This document shows, one piece after another, positions 11,689 to 24,611 of a stretch of 64,000 nucleotides of DNA. Position 1 is the stretch's first letter. The number at the start of each line of letters is the position of its first letter. The DNA lies in NCBI GenBank assembly GCA_002104945.1, contig MCFH01000007.1, positions 744,001 through 808,000 on the forward strand, read 5' to 3'. Position numbers and translations under genes: made by a program. The stretch is from Piromyces finnis finn. Taxonomy: Eukaryota; Fungi; Neocallimastigomycota. Under the pieces are notes generated by a model. It saw only the letters and a list, made by a program, of their open reading frames with translations. It ran no database searches and had not been told where the DNA came from.

Positions 11689-14600
11689 ATATCTAGAAAA
11701 AAAATTTTTTTTCTATTAGTGGCAAGTATTATCCTATTTAATTCATGCATTTAAGATTTTTATCAAAAAGAAAAAAAACTGGCAAAACATAATTTTAACT
11801 AGCATCGATTACAATATTTAAAGTGAGATAATCTTTAATAATAAATGAAGAGTAGATAATAGTTTTATTAATAAAACATCTTAACATTTTTATGATTTAA
11901 TAGTTTATTGCTAATAATACTAATAATCTAATAAAAGAAATAAATAAAGTAACAGTTTTTTATAGTTAATATTTGGAAAATAGTATCTTTTTCTTTAATT
12001 ATATTAAAATGATTAAAAAAAAAAAAAGTTGTATGTATGTATTGTATGTATATACCTACCATACATCCATATACTTACAATATATATAATATTATTAGTT
12101 GCCTTTTATAGCTAAATTTACTCTTAATAAAAAAAACTCAAAGTTTTTTCTACATATTCCATAAATATTATATAAATTACTTTTACCTCTTTTCCAAAAG
12201 GTTCTATAAATACTTGATAAAATAAGAATATAACGTCAAATTAATGACATTTTTAATGTTTACCTATTGAATTTAAAATTGGAAATAACAAATTCTTATC
12301 CTATTAGTCACCTTTTTTTTTTAAAAAAATTTTATGTCATATGTCATGATTACTAAATTAAAAATTACAGGCATGGCATTATGCATAATTTCTTCCTTTC
12401 TTTCTTCCTTTCTTTCATATAGCATTACATTAAAGGAAGTCGAAAAGAACATTTTACCCCATCACCTACCTCTACCGTTTAAAATGTTTTTATTTGTATA
12501 TTAATAATTAAAAAACATGTTTTTCCTCTTTGTGTTAATTAATCTATTTATTTTCCTTGGTTTCAAATTTTAATTATTATTATTTTTATAATTTTGTGAC
12601 ACTAAAAAATATTAAAAAATTATTAAATAACCTGATTTTATTTCATTTCTATTGGTTAATATTTCTTAGTTATTAAAGTTTGTATTACAATGTTTTTTAT
12701 TTATTTTTATTTAAATTAATTTAAATAATTATCACCTTATTTGGAAAAAATAATAATTTATTAATAATCCTCATGAAAAGCAAAGACAACAAGAACATCT
12801 CTGAACAATAGCAACAAGGAAAGAAATGCTTCTTTTTTTTCTATAATAAATTGTTGTGTTGCTGCTGTAGAAACCCTTATTAAAGAAAAAGTTGGTAAAA
12901 TCATCAAGTTATTATAGTAGACCTTTTTTTTTTAAAAAAACTTGAATCTTGTTACACCAATACTACCAAATATTATATTATTTTTTATTTGTTGTTCTCT
13001 CACCCCTTTACCTACATTTAATAGAAATTTTAATTCTATTTTATAGTTGAAACAAAAAGAATTATATATTCCTTTTATTTTACTTTTTATTTTCACATTC
13101 TACTATTTGGCCTCATTTTTAGCCTAACCATTCTTTTTTTTTATGTTTTTGATAAAAAAAGAAATTTTTTAAAAATCGTGTATTTAATATATTAACAATC
13201 TATTTAATAATATATATTCTATATAGTTTTGACCTATCAAGAATTGAATAGAATATATTAAAATATATACTAATATATGATCTAATATATTAACAGTATA
13301 TTAAAATTATATATGAATTTAATTTTTCTATTTGGTAACAAACTAATCCATTGAATAATATATGTTTTAATATATATTTCAATATATTCTAATATATATC
13401 CAATTCAATTACATTAGAGAAAGTTTTTCATAAAAATTCCTTTATTTGTTCAATTTCATTTAAATTGATAATTTAAAATAATATATTCAGAGTATATTGT
13501 AATATATGTAAATAATCAATGGTATGATAATTTTACAGATAAAAAAAAGGTGATCAAAAAATGTTTATAAAAAAAAATTAATAAATTTTTAATCTATTTA
13601 AAAGAACAAATAAAATTTCTTGACACTGGCAGCAGCAGCAACCAAAAAATTATTTTTTTAGCTTTATTTCCAGGCAAGGCATGTTGCCAACAGAAAAAAT
13701 AGAAATAAACCTATGTTTCTTAAGAGAAATTTTGAAAAACTAACTAAGCACTTTGTATAACTTGTTGAATTAAATTTGGAGTAAATTGTAGTGCATTATT
13801 CGTGATTTCTTCTTTCCTTACCAAAACCTTTTTGTTGTTGTGGACACCATTCAATATAAAATTTTGATATAGTTTAATATATAGTTAATTTATCATAGAG
13901 TACTATTTGTCATAGATTGTATTATATTTTATATTAATTGAAATTTCATTGTGACATTTATTAAAAATAAAAAAAAAAGGCAAGAAACCTCAAAAGTAAA
14001 AAAAAAAAAAAAGTTTGTTTCTACTAATAAAGAAAAAAAAAAAAAAAAGTTGACTTTAAAAGTGGTGATGGTGTTGTTGCCTTGAATTTGACCAATTTCT
14101 TTATTTTCAATTGCCAAGATGAATTGAACGTGATTTTTCAATTTTTTTCAATTTTTTTTTTTCAATTTTTAATAATAAATAAACTTGAAAAATATTATTT
14201 AAATAATAAATAATTTTTTTTTTTAATTAAAATTTTTTCTTTAAATATAAAAAAAAACAAAAAAAAAACAGTTTTTTTTTATAAAAAATAAATTATTATT
14301 TTTTATATTTAAATAATTAAAATCTTTTTTTTTTTTTTTTACACTTTCTCTAAATGACAACTTTTCATTTCTTTTTTAAGTAAGAAATAGTTGGAAAAAA
14401 ATAGTATTAAAAAATAGTCATAAAAGTTTATATAAAATTGGATTATATAAAAAAGAAATTTCACCAACAAACCACAACCACGACAAGTTTAGTGTCAACT
14501 AACCATAGCCATTTTCACCTTTGGAAAATTTTAAAATGAATAATTATTAAATCTAATTTCAATAAGATAAAATATATATATATTTATATTTTTCATTGCT

Positions 14601-15168
14601 TTTTTTTTTATTTAATAAGCGTTTATTTATAATATACTAATTCAATCTTTTCTTGAATAAAAAAAAATATTTTTTAAAAATAAAATTTCACCAATACAGT
14701 ATAACTTGGGTTAATGAAGAATACAACGATTAAGAATAACAATATTATTATTATTATATATAAATAAAACTATTTTTGTTATAACTTTGTATTTTCAGTT
14801 TAATTTTATTTAATTATTTGGGAAAAAAAAAAAAAGTCAAACAATTTGGTTATTTTACTTTATAGTACCAACGAAATCCATTCAAATTCTGGTTTACTTC
14901 TTTAGTTTTTTTTTTTATGTGAAAAAAAAAACTTTTTTAAAATAATATAAATTTCATTTATAATATTAATTGCTATATATAATTCAAATAAAACAATAAT
15001 ATTTTCAACACAATAACACAATATCAATAAATTTATACTTTTTTTTTATATTATTTCTTTTTTAAAATAATGATATATAAAAGTATTTAAAAATAAAAAG
15101 ATAGTGTAGTATTAGAACCCTTTTTTTTATAAGAAGAAAAAGGAAAAGAATATAGTAAAAAATAAAAA

Positions 15169-18100
15169 ATGTTTGAAATAAAAATTCCATTTCCTGAAGT
15201 AATGGACTCATTAATAATATTATATAATAAAATTCAATTCAACTGTTCAATTGATTTTATAATACTATTGGTCATCATATTCTTTAGATTTTATTCTCCA
15301 CTTTATCAAAAAATAAAATCTATAATAACAGATTCCTATGGTATTGAAATTGATAATAGACAAAATACCACAACTAAAAAATGGATAAAGAATAATAATA
15401 TTAATAATAATACCAAAAGTATAAAAAAATTGAAAAATGTCACAATAGTGCTTTGTGATAACAGCATAGTTTTATTTTTAATGATTTCAATAAAATATCT
15501 TATATCTTGTATAAAACAAGGATTTATAAATGATACCATAATATCAATATATCAAATGCTATCTTCATTTTTTATTCTCTCCATAAAATTTTTAAAATAT
15601 TTTATAATAAATGGTATATCCCTTTTCCTTTTTCAAACTGCTTATGTCATTACCTTCTCCTTATTCAAAATAGGACAGTCAAAAAAAGTTCATCAAAACT
15701 CTCTCTTCAAAATTTTCATTCTTCTACTGTTATCATTAAATTGTCAACAGTCATCGTTGAGTTCCGGTTTAAATAATAATAACACAAATTGTATTATTCC
15801 AAAAAAGAACCATAATTTTTTATCATCTTCTATTGATGAAATTCTATTTTTAACAACAGTGACAACAACAACATGGATGTATCATTTAAAACAATACAAC
15901 CCATTTACAAATATTTTAACGATACCAAAAGTTTATGCACAAGAAATCATAAACAATGAAATTCAAAATACAAATGAAGAACCTAGCGTGATTTATGAAA
16001 CCTTTTCAAAAAAAGATATTGGTAAATAGTTTGGTTTCAATAAAAAAAAATATTCATGAAAAATAAACAGAATATTGTACAACTAATATAATATTAAAAA
16101 TAATAGTGATAGTGGTATTGGTAATGATAATAATAATAGTTAATAGTTGTAACAATAACAGAAGTAGTAGTAGTAGTAATAATAATAATAGTTAATAGTT
16201 GTAACAATAACAGAAGTAGTAGTAGTAGTAATAATAATAGTAGTAATAGTAGTAGTAGCAGTGATGATAATAGTTGTAACAATAATAAAAGTAGTAGTAG
16301 TAATAGAAGAAGTAGTAGTGATGATAATAGTTGTAACAATAATAATAGTAATAATAATAGTAGTAATAAAAGTAATTATAATAGTAATAATAATAGTAGT
16401 GGTAGTAACAATAACAAAAGAAGTAGTAGTGATGATAAAAAAAATAGCCACGAAGAAATAAAAAATGTTTCTATAATTAGTATAATTATAATAATAATAG
16501 AATAAACAATTTTACATATAAATTTTAACAAAATGTTTTTTTTTTATATACATACATTAATATATACTTTTATATATATATATATATTTATAGTATTATC
16601 CATTCAATCTCAATGTTTAGAAAGAAATAGAATATTTTTATCTGAACAGGAAGATCAAATTAAATTTGAAATGTTATTAAGTCAGCCTCCAAATTCAAAT
16701 ATTAATGTGACTTTTATTAATGATCAACCGGATTTATTTACAGTTGAACCAAAAAGTATACTATATAAAAGTGCCTATTCTTCTGTTACCACCAAAAATA
16801 ATACCGTCATTAATATAGTTGATAATCATTATAATCTCATTCAGTATTTTAACATAAAAACATTCAAGAATAATGGAAGCGCAAAATTAATGTTTAATAT
16901 AAATACCGATTTAAATAAGGTGTATGAATATGAAAATAACAAGGTTGTGGAGGAACAAACTAGTAATAATAATAATAGTTTAAACCGATTAATTATTGAT
17001 AAATCTGTTAGTAAGCCACTGGAAGTGAAAGCAACATCATCAAATGTTGGAACAATGAATACCTTTTTAATTTTATGGATTGTCCTTTTTATGTTTAGTA
17101 TAGGATTATCTCTTTCAGGAAATACGATTAAGGGTTTATATTCATGGAAAAGGTTAAAACCTTTCATTTGTGGTTACGTGTGTCAATTAATTATTAATCC
17201 ATTAGTTGCTTTCATTCTCACCAAAATATTTAAACTCTCAGAATACATATCTCTTGGAGTCATCATTGTTGCTGCTAGTCCTGGTTCTTTTATCGCCCCT
17301 GTATTTACATATTACTTGGGAGGAGATAGAGCTTTAGCCGTAGGACTTTGTTTAATTGCTACTATTTTTGGTAGTTTTACTTTTCCATTTACCATATGGC
17401 TCTTTTGTATTGTATTAAAAATTAAAATTGAAACTTACATTCCTATCTGGGAAACTTTTTCTTTATCGGCAACACAAATTATACCATTGGGCATCGGTTG
17501 TGTCATTCTTCATTTTAAACCAAATTGGGCTTCTAAACTAAGAAAAGGTTGTCCTCTCTGGGCTATTGCTATCATCCTAACAAGTTTAATTACCTCTATA
17601 AAAAATTATGGACAGATCTTCATTAATAGTTGGAAAGCCTATTCTATGCCAATTATTTTGGGTTTAATTAGTTACATTATAGGGTTTGTGGTTCCTAGGG
17701 TGTTTGGAATGAATAACCAACAAGTTCGAGCCATATGTTTTAACACAGGATTACAAAATTCTCCATTAGCTTTAACCGTAATTCAGGTTTTAGGTATGCC
17801 AAGTTGTGGTCAATTAATGTCCCTTGTTCCTCTTCACCATTCTCTTTGGACCGTGGTAGAAGGTGTGATCATCGCCATTGCTATGTTCTTTTTATTCCCA
17901 ACGGACGTGAAAGCAATCGAAGAAAACTCCGAATTTCCAATAATGCTTACAACTAGAAATGAAGAAGAAAATAAAGCCATTCTACAAGACGACTACAGTG
18001 AAAACTACTCTAGTAATATGTCCATGATGGAAGACAATGTGTTGGATATTTCAGATATTAATATACACCAACATTTAACATACGATACTAATCCTGCAAC

Positions 18101-20039
18101 ACCAACCTCAATGAAGCAACCTACCTATAAATATTGTTCTGGTTCCCCCACAACAAATCATTCAACCCTTTCTATTCCTCGTCAATCAAATTCCCCAAAT
18201 TTGACCGGATCACCAACCATGAATATCATTAGAAAGGATAGTGTTAAAAGCGGTCAGTCCACCGTAGCCCAGAATTCACTACGTGATACAAATGGCATTA
18301 CCATGAAAAGAAATAGTAATCTTTCCAATATTACCATTCTTTCCTATGGAAATAATAACAAACTTTCACCAATATTGAAAATCACCCCTACAACGCATCA
18401 AAGAAAAAGTAGTACAACGTCTACCATTAAATTTAAGCAAATTCCTACATCCTCTCTCCACACGAAAACACCAATTTCTCAAGCAAGTAGTAGTAATACA
18501 AATTCAGAGTTAGGCCTAGAAATAATTGGTCTTCCACCTCACGATCCTTCTTCTAATACTAATACGGACATTAAAATTAAAAAGGATCGTCAAAAAGATC
18601 ACAACCCTGTCAATTCTACTAAAGAATGTGAAAGTCAAATTCCATCCAAGGGAATTCAAAATAAAAATAAAAGAAGATCAAGTTCACCTACCCTTCCAAG
18701 TACACCCTACCAAAACCAAAATAATAATAAAAATGTATTATTGAAAGGGGAAACTAGAAATACAGTAAAAAAGGAAAATGAAAGCCCCGCTAAAGAAATT
18801 GAAATTGAAAATGAAAATCAAGAAGAAATGCCTATGCATTCGACAAATAAAAAGAAGGAAGAAAAAATATTAAATAATAATATAATGGAAAAAGACAAAG
18901 ACGGTCATAACAAAGATCAACAAAAACCTCCCAAAACTTCTTTAACCCATCATTCTCCAATCTATTTATCACAAGTTATGAATAAGTATTTACCTTTGGT
19001 ATTTAAGAAATCAACACCCGACGTTTCAAATTCTCCTTCTCCTCCTCCTCCTTCTTCGCAAAACACTTTACCCTTAAATTCAACACTGTCTTCCAATACC
19101 TCATCCTCCATGAATCCTACTTTATCCAATGCATTAAAACCTACCTTGACCAACTCTAGTTCAAAGAATACATCAAGCCCGACATTACCAAATCCTACTC
19201 TATCAATACCCACTTTATCCATTGCATTAAATTCTACTACACCAACACCCACTTTACCAAGTTCATCAAATCCTACTTTACCAACATCCACTCTACCAAA
19301 TTCATCAAATCCTACTACACCAACATCCACTTTACCAAATTCATCAAATCCTAATTTACTAAACCCTACTATATCAAATCCTACTACACCAAATTCTACC
19401 CCATTAAATTCTTCAACTCCAAATTATAATAATAAAGGTCATTCTTCCTTAAATTCACCTAACCTGGATCCTAAAGCTTGTTTAAATACAGATAATGATA
19501 ATGTCAATTTAAATTCAAATTCTTTTCCAAGCCATACTTTTAAAAGTAATATTGTTAATTATTACTTAGGGGAACCAGAGTTAGATAATAATAAGACACT
19601 ACATGGACAAATGAATCCATTAGATCAATTAAATAAAAATAACTTCACCAACAACCATGTAGATCAGCAGAGCCTTATAGATTTTGATACCCAACCCGTG
19701 AAACTATTCAATATAATTAGTTCACCGAGTTTTTCTGCTAATACAAATAGTACAAATCATACAAACCATACTCTTCTCACCAATCATAATAGTATTCAAA
19801 GTCTGAAAAAGAAAAAGAATAGAGTTTATCGTACAGATACCATTCAAACATTTGAAACCGCCAACTCTAATCAATTTAATTCGTTTGTATACGGTGATGG
19901 TAGTGTAAAAAGTATTAAGGAAGATGATCTTGTTGAAGAAAGTGACGGAGAAGATGTTGATGATGATGATGAAATGTTTAAAGAATGTTCCTTTGAATTT
20001 CAAACCAAAGGATTTGAAGGTTTAGGTAAACCTAACTAA
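15169..20039 (+). CDS. SLC10/BASS (bile acid:Na+ symporter, SBF) family transporter with a long N-terminal extension and a low-complexity Ser/Pro/Asn C-terminal tail; join(15169..16021,16594..20039); start codon uncertain
   Basis: The two ORFs join through a phase-1 intron (G|GTAAAT at 16022, TTTATAG| at 16593). SBF-type transmembrane core: MFSIGLSL...FICGYVCQLIINPLVAF...LGVIIVAASPG...YYLGGDRALAV...IPLGIGC...IGFVVPRVF...RAICFNTGLQNSPLAL. Confidence 0.85.
16130..16440. repeat. Intronic compound minisatellite (TAGTTGTAACAATAA cores interspersed with GTA/ATA triplets)
   Basis: The core tagttgtaacaataa recurs four times (about 16144, 16195, 16271, 16329), including a near-perfect ~51-bp tandem duplication. 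It lies inside the SLC10 intron. Confidence 0.85.
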
Positions 20040-20253
20040 GGGAAGTATTAGCTTTTTATAAAAAAAAAGAAATAAAAAAAACCCCTACATTATAATAATA
20101 TTTTATAAATCAATATCTTTTTTTTTTCTTAATAATTAAATTATTATGAATATTCATAAAAAATAAGCTTTTAAATCTTTTTTTTTTTTTTTTTTTTTTT
20201 TTAATCATAATTATCATTATTATATTAAATATATTTTAATCAAAGAAGCAAAA

Positions 20254-20254
<1 letters not shown>

Positions 20255-20313
<59 letters not shown>
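20255..20313. repeat. (AAT)n microsatellite followed by (TTTA)n
   Basis: Direct reading of the sequence. Confidence 0.9.
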
Positions 20314-20314
<1 letters not shown>

Positions 20315-21060
20315 TTTATTTATTTATTTATTTATTTAAATATCATACCAACTATTTTATTATCATTTATCTTTTTATTACAAAATATCTTATAATATTT
20401 ATACATTCTTTTATTAAGAAAAAAAAATAAAATAAAATAAAATAAAAAAAAGATTATATTTTAATTTTTTGTAAATTTTAAAATTTTATTTGGCTACAAA
20501 AATTAATTAGGAATAAGAATAATACGTATGTGTGTTACTATTTTATTAATTGTTTAAAAAAAAAAAGGGTATACATATGTCTTTTCATGTTGAAGATATA
20601 TTCATAACTATTTATATATATATAACTATTTTTTTACTTTCTGATAGCAACAAAAGTTGTTGGTATGATTTGTGTAACCTAAAAAATGATATATCTTTTA
20701 TTATTCAATTTTAATAATAATATTTCTTTTTTTTTTTTTATTTCTTTTTGAAAAGAAATGACTCATATACTCATATCAAAAATTGTCTATAGTAGTAAGT
20801 AATAATAATAAATGTACCAATGTATATAAAGTTTCCTATAATTATGAAAACTTAAAATAGTAATGATCGTTGCTATTTTTACAATATATAAATATATAAA
20901 TGTATCATACCACCATAAAAAAAAAATTTTTTTAAATATATATATTAAAAAAAGAAAAAAAATAGGTTTAAAAAAAAAAATAAATTCTTTTTCAACATTT
21001 AAAAATTTATATTATAGAAATTTATTTTTTTTTTTTATCTGCTTAGAATAATAATTTGTC

Positions 21061-22088
21061 ATGGCTGAAAGTGATAAACCGGTCACTTTTTATAACCCAA
21101 AAACACAACACGAATATAAAGCTGTTTATTGGTAAAAATAATAATGAAATAATTTTAAAATAGCTTAAAAAATATATATATTTAAATAGCTTTAAAAAAA
21201 AAAAAAAAAAATCTTAAAATTAAAAAGTGATATAATATTAATAAACCTTTTATATTTATTTTATTTTTATATAATAATAATATTATATTATTATTATTAT
21301 TATTACTTCCCCGTTATAAATAAAATATAATAAATATATATATATTTTTGAAATTTCAATTTATCCATATTATTAGTACAGATGTTGTAGAATTTTGTCC
21401 ATACGAAGGACATGAAGATTTATTTGTTATTGGAACTTATGAAGTTTTGGAATCAGGAGGAAATGTTATTTCTGAAGCCGTTGACACTTTAGATAATGAT
21501 AGTAATGAAGATGATGATTCCATTGATATTGGAGACATTGACGACGACGATGATGATAATTCCATTAAACGTACTGGTAGACTTTTATTCCAAAGTTTAG
21601 AAGCTGTCAGGGACGATAAAGGAAAAAAGAAAATTAAAGTGTAACTACTATTTTTTTTTATATAATAATTATTTAAAAAGAGAAATTAAATAATACCAAT
21701 TGTAAAATTTGGAGAAATTTCATAAAATTTATTATAGGTTAACAATTACAAAATAAAAATTATTTTTAATTATCAAATGAATTTTATTTTGTTTGTTAAT
21801 ATAATTATTAACAATATTATAAAAGAAAAGTTAACGGTCACTCACACTCCCCTCACTACTTTTTATTATAATATATATATATATACACCTTTTATATATC
21901 TATTTATATTTATATATGTCACACACTTAAAGTCATAATATTACTAGTTTAAGTACCCCAGCCATTTTCGATTTAAAATGGTCTCATAAAAAAATTAACG
22001 ACTATGGTTATTTGGGTATGGCTGATGCTATAGGAAATGTTACCGTTTATAAATTAGTTTCCAACGGAAAAAGTGTACTTGTGATAAC

Positions 22089-22129
<41 letters not shown>

Positions 22130-23361
22130 CATTAATTTATAAATCATCAAGCAACAATATAATTTACAATAATTTGAAAGAATGATAAAAATAATATTAG
22201 CATAAATAGCTTATATTATAAAAGGATTTTTCATAATAATGGTTTTTATTTATTTATTTATTTATTTATTTATATATTATCTATAGTATGACTTTGAAAA
22301 GGTTGCAAATACAGATAATACAACAAATGAACTTTGCTGTTCTCTCGATTGGTCTAACCGTATTAGTAACACCAATAATATTGTTGTTAGTCGTAGTAAT
22401 GGTTACATTTCTTTATATAACTTTAATAATAGCGAAATATCTCAACTCGAACATTGGAAAGGACATGATTTTGAAGCTTGGTGTGCTGCCTTTGATCAAT
22501 GGAATACAAATGTTATTTATTCCGGTGCCGATGATTGTCTCTTTAAAGGTTGGGATACCAGAATTGGTACTTCCACACCAACTTTTGTAAATAAAAAGTA
22601 TGTGTTGGGTAAAAATACATATATATAATTATTATACATAAATATTTTAGTATCCATAATATTAAATATCATTTTTAAAAATTATTACTAATAAAAAAAA
22701 AAAAAAAAAGACATGAAGCTGGTGTTTGTACTATTCAAGTAAATCCACATAATGAAAATATTATGGCCACTGGAAGGTATAGAAATGAAAATTATAAATC
22801 ATAGTGACTTATTTATTATCTATCTATATATATTATGAAAAAAATTAATAATAATAATGAATATAATATTTATCCCAAATTTTTTTATCCTTTTTATCCT
22901 TTCTATAATTATTATTTCCTTTTTTCTTCATTGTAAAAAAAAAGTTATGATTCTTATCTTAATATTTGGGATAAACGTAATATGGTTAAACCATTAATTC
23001 ATCATTGTACTGAAGGAGGTGTATGGAAGGTTAAATGGCATCCAAAATTAGAAAAGAAAAGTTATATTGCATCTGCTTGTATGTATAATGGTTTCCATAT
23101 CTATGATATTAATTTGAAATCAGGTAAAAAATATAATTTGCTTTAAAAAAAAAATAATTAATGAATACATATAAATAATTAACACTATCTTCTTGTTTCT
23201 TTTATGTAGCTGGTGATGAAGCTATCACAGAAATTTGCCATTACGATAAACATGAATCCATTGCTTATGGTATAGATTGGTGTCAATATACAAATGATGT
23301 TTGTTCAAATCAAATCATGGGTACTTGTTCATTTTATGATCACTTATTCCACATTTGGTAA
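21061..23361 (+). CDS. DPH7: Diphthine methyl ester hydrolase (WD40, DPH7/WDR85/RRT2), multi-exon
   Basis: Spliced segments: TDVVEFCPYEGHEDLFVIGTYE...RTGRL; PAIFDLKWS; LCCSLDWSN; VSRSNG; WKGHDFEAWCAAFDQWNTNVIYSGADDCLFKGWDTR; HEAGVCTI; ATGSYD; GGVWKVKWHP; ACMYNGFHI; HESIAYGIDW; TCSFYDHLFHIW*. All are characteristic of DPH7. Confidence 0.93.
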
Positions 23362-23636
23362 GTTTAGAATTGGGAACCCAACTAAAATAAATCATAGTTT
23401 TAATTTTTTTTTTTTTTTTTTTAAAAAAAATAAATAGGGAAATGGAACCAATCAAGGTTTAAAAACACCTACCTACAAGCTAAACGTATCTAAATCTATT
23501 TAAATATATATGTATATCGATAGTTTATTACAAGGATTTGTAATATTAAAAAAAAAGGATATATATAATTTACAATTATTCTTATAAAAAAAAAAAATTA
23601 ATAAATTCATAAATATATCAATTAATATTAAAATAA

Positions 23637-23675
<39 letters not shown>

Positions 23676-24036
23676 AAGACTTTTTTATTTTATTTTTATA
23701 ATATTATAATGATTCACTTTTTTTTTTTTTTTTGTTATCCTTAGTATTATCATTTGTTTCTGTTTTTGTTTTTGTTTTTATTTCTTCTTCTTTTTTATAA
23801 TTCAATAATTTTTTAAAATAACATTGTCTTTTGATCCATTTTTTTTTTATGTAGTATATATATGTGAATAGTATTTTTATACAAAAAAAAAAAAAAAAAA
23901 AAAATTCATTTCCTTAATAATAATTTAAAAATCCATAATAAACCATCTTAAAAAAAAAGAGAGTAAATATATAATTAAAAAAAAAATAAAAATAAAATAT
24001 TGTAATAGAAATATATATTACTAAAAAGTAAAAAAA

Positions 24037-24066
<30 letters not shown>

Positions 24067-24112
<46 letters not shown>

Positions 24113-24114
24113 GG
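24067..24114. repeat. (GTT)n microsatellite adjoining a poly-T tract
   Basis: Direct reading of the sequence. Confidence 0.9.
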
Positions 24115-24611
24115 TTTGCGTTTTTTCGTTTTTACTTGCAAGTAGGGTTGCCAATTCTAAAAATTATTAAAAATATTTAAAAAAAAAAAAAAAAAAGTCT
24201 TTGAATTCAATTTATAGAATATTTTTAATTTTTATATAGACATCACTTAAAAAAAAAGTTTTAAAAAACATAAAATTGATTTTATCATTGAACGTATAAT
24301 TTTTTCTTTATTATTTTTATTTTTTATTATTTATTTTTTTTTTTTTTTTTTTTTACTTTTTTATTTTTGCTAATAGTATTACTTCTTTTCTTATTAGTAA
24401 AATACTATAATAACTGATTATTTTTACATTCTTGTTTCTTAAAATGAAAGGAATAACAATTAAAAAATTAAAAATAAAATATTCAATTTTGAACTTATTT
24501 TAAATTGGTTTAATTCTTGTTTCTTTTCAATTGCATTTTTTTTTTTTTTTATTATTTTATTTTATTATTTTTTTTTTATATAATTATTATTTCATTTATC
24601 TTTTATTGAAT

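Noticed and set aside
13140-13500. Degenerate AATATATT periodicity, possibly a repeat-protein relic
   Set aside because: No open frame or consistent unit; compatible with AT-rich low complexity.
13929-14141. 70-aa minus-strand ORF
   Set aside because: Starts at TTG, runs into poly-T, and has no recognisable similarity or continuing exon.
16094-16461. Three overlapping hydrophobic ORFs
   Set aside because: Artefacts of the intronic GTA/ATA repeat inside the SLC10 intron.
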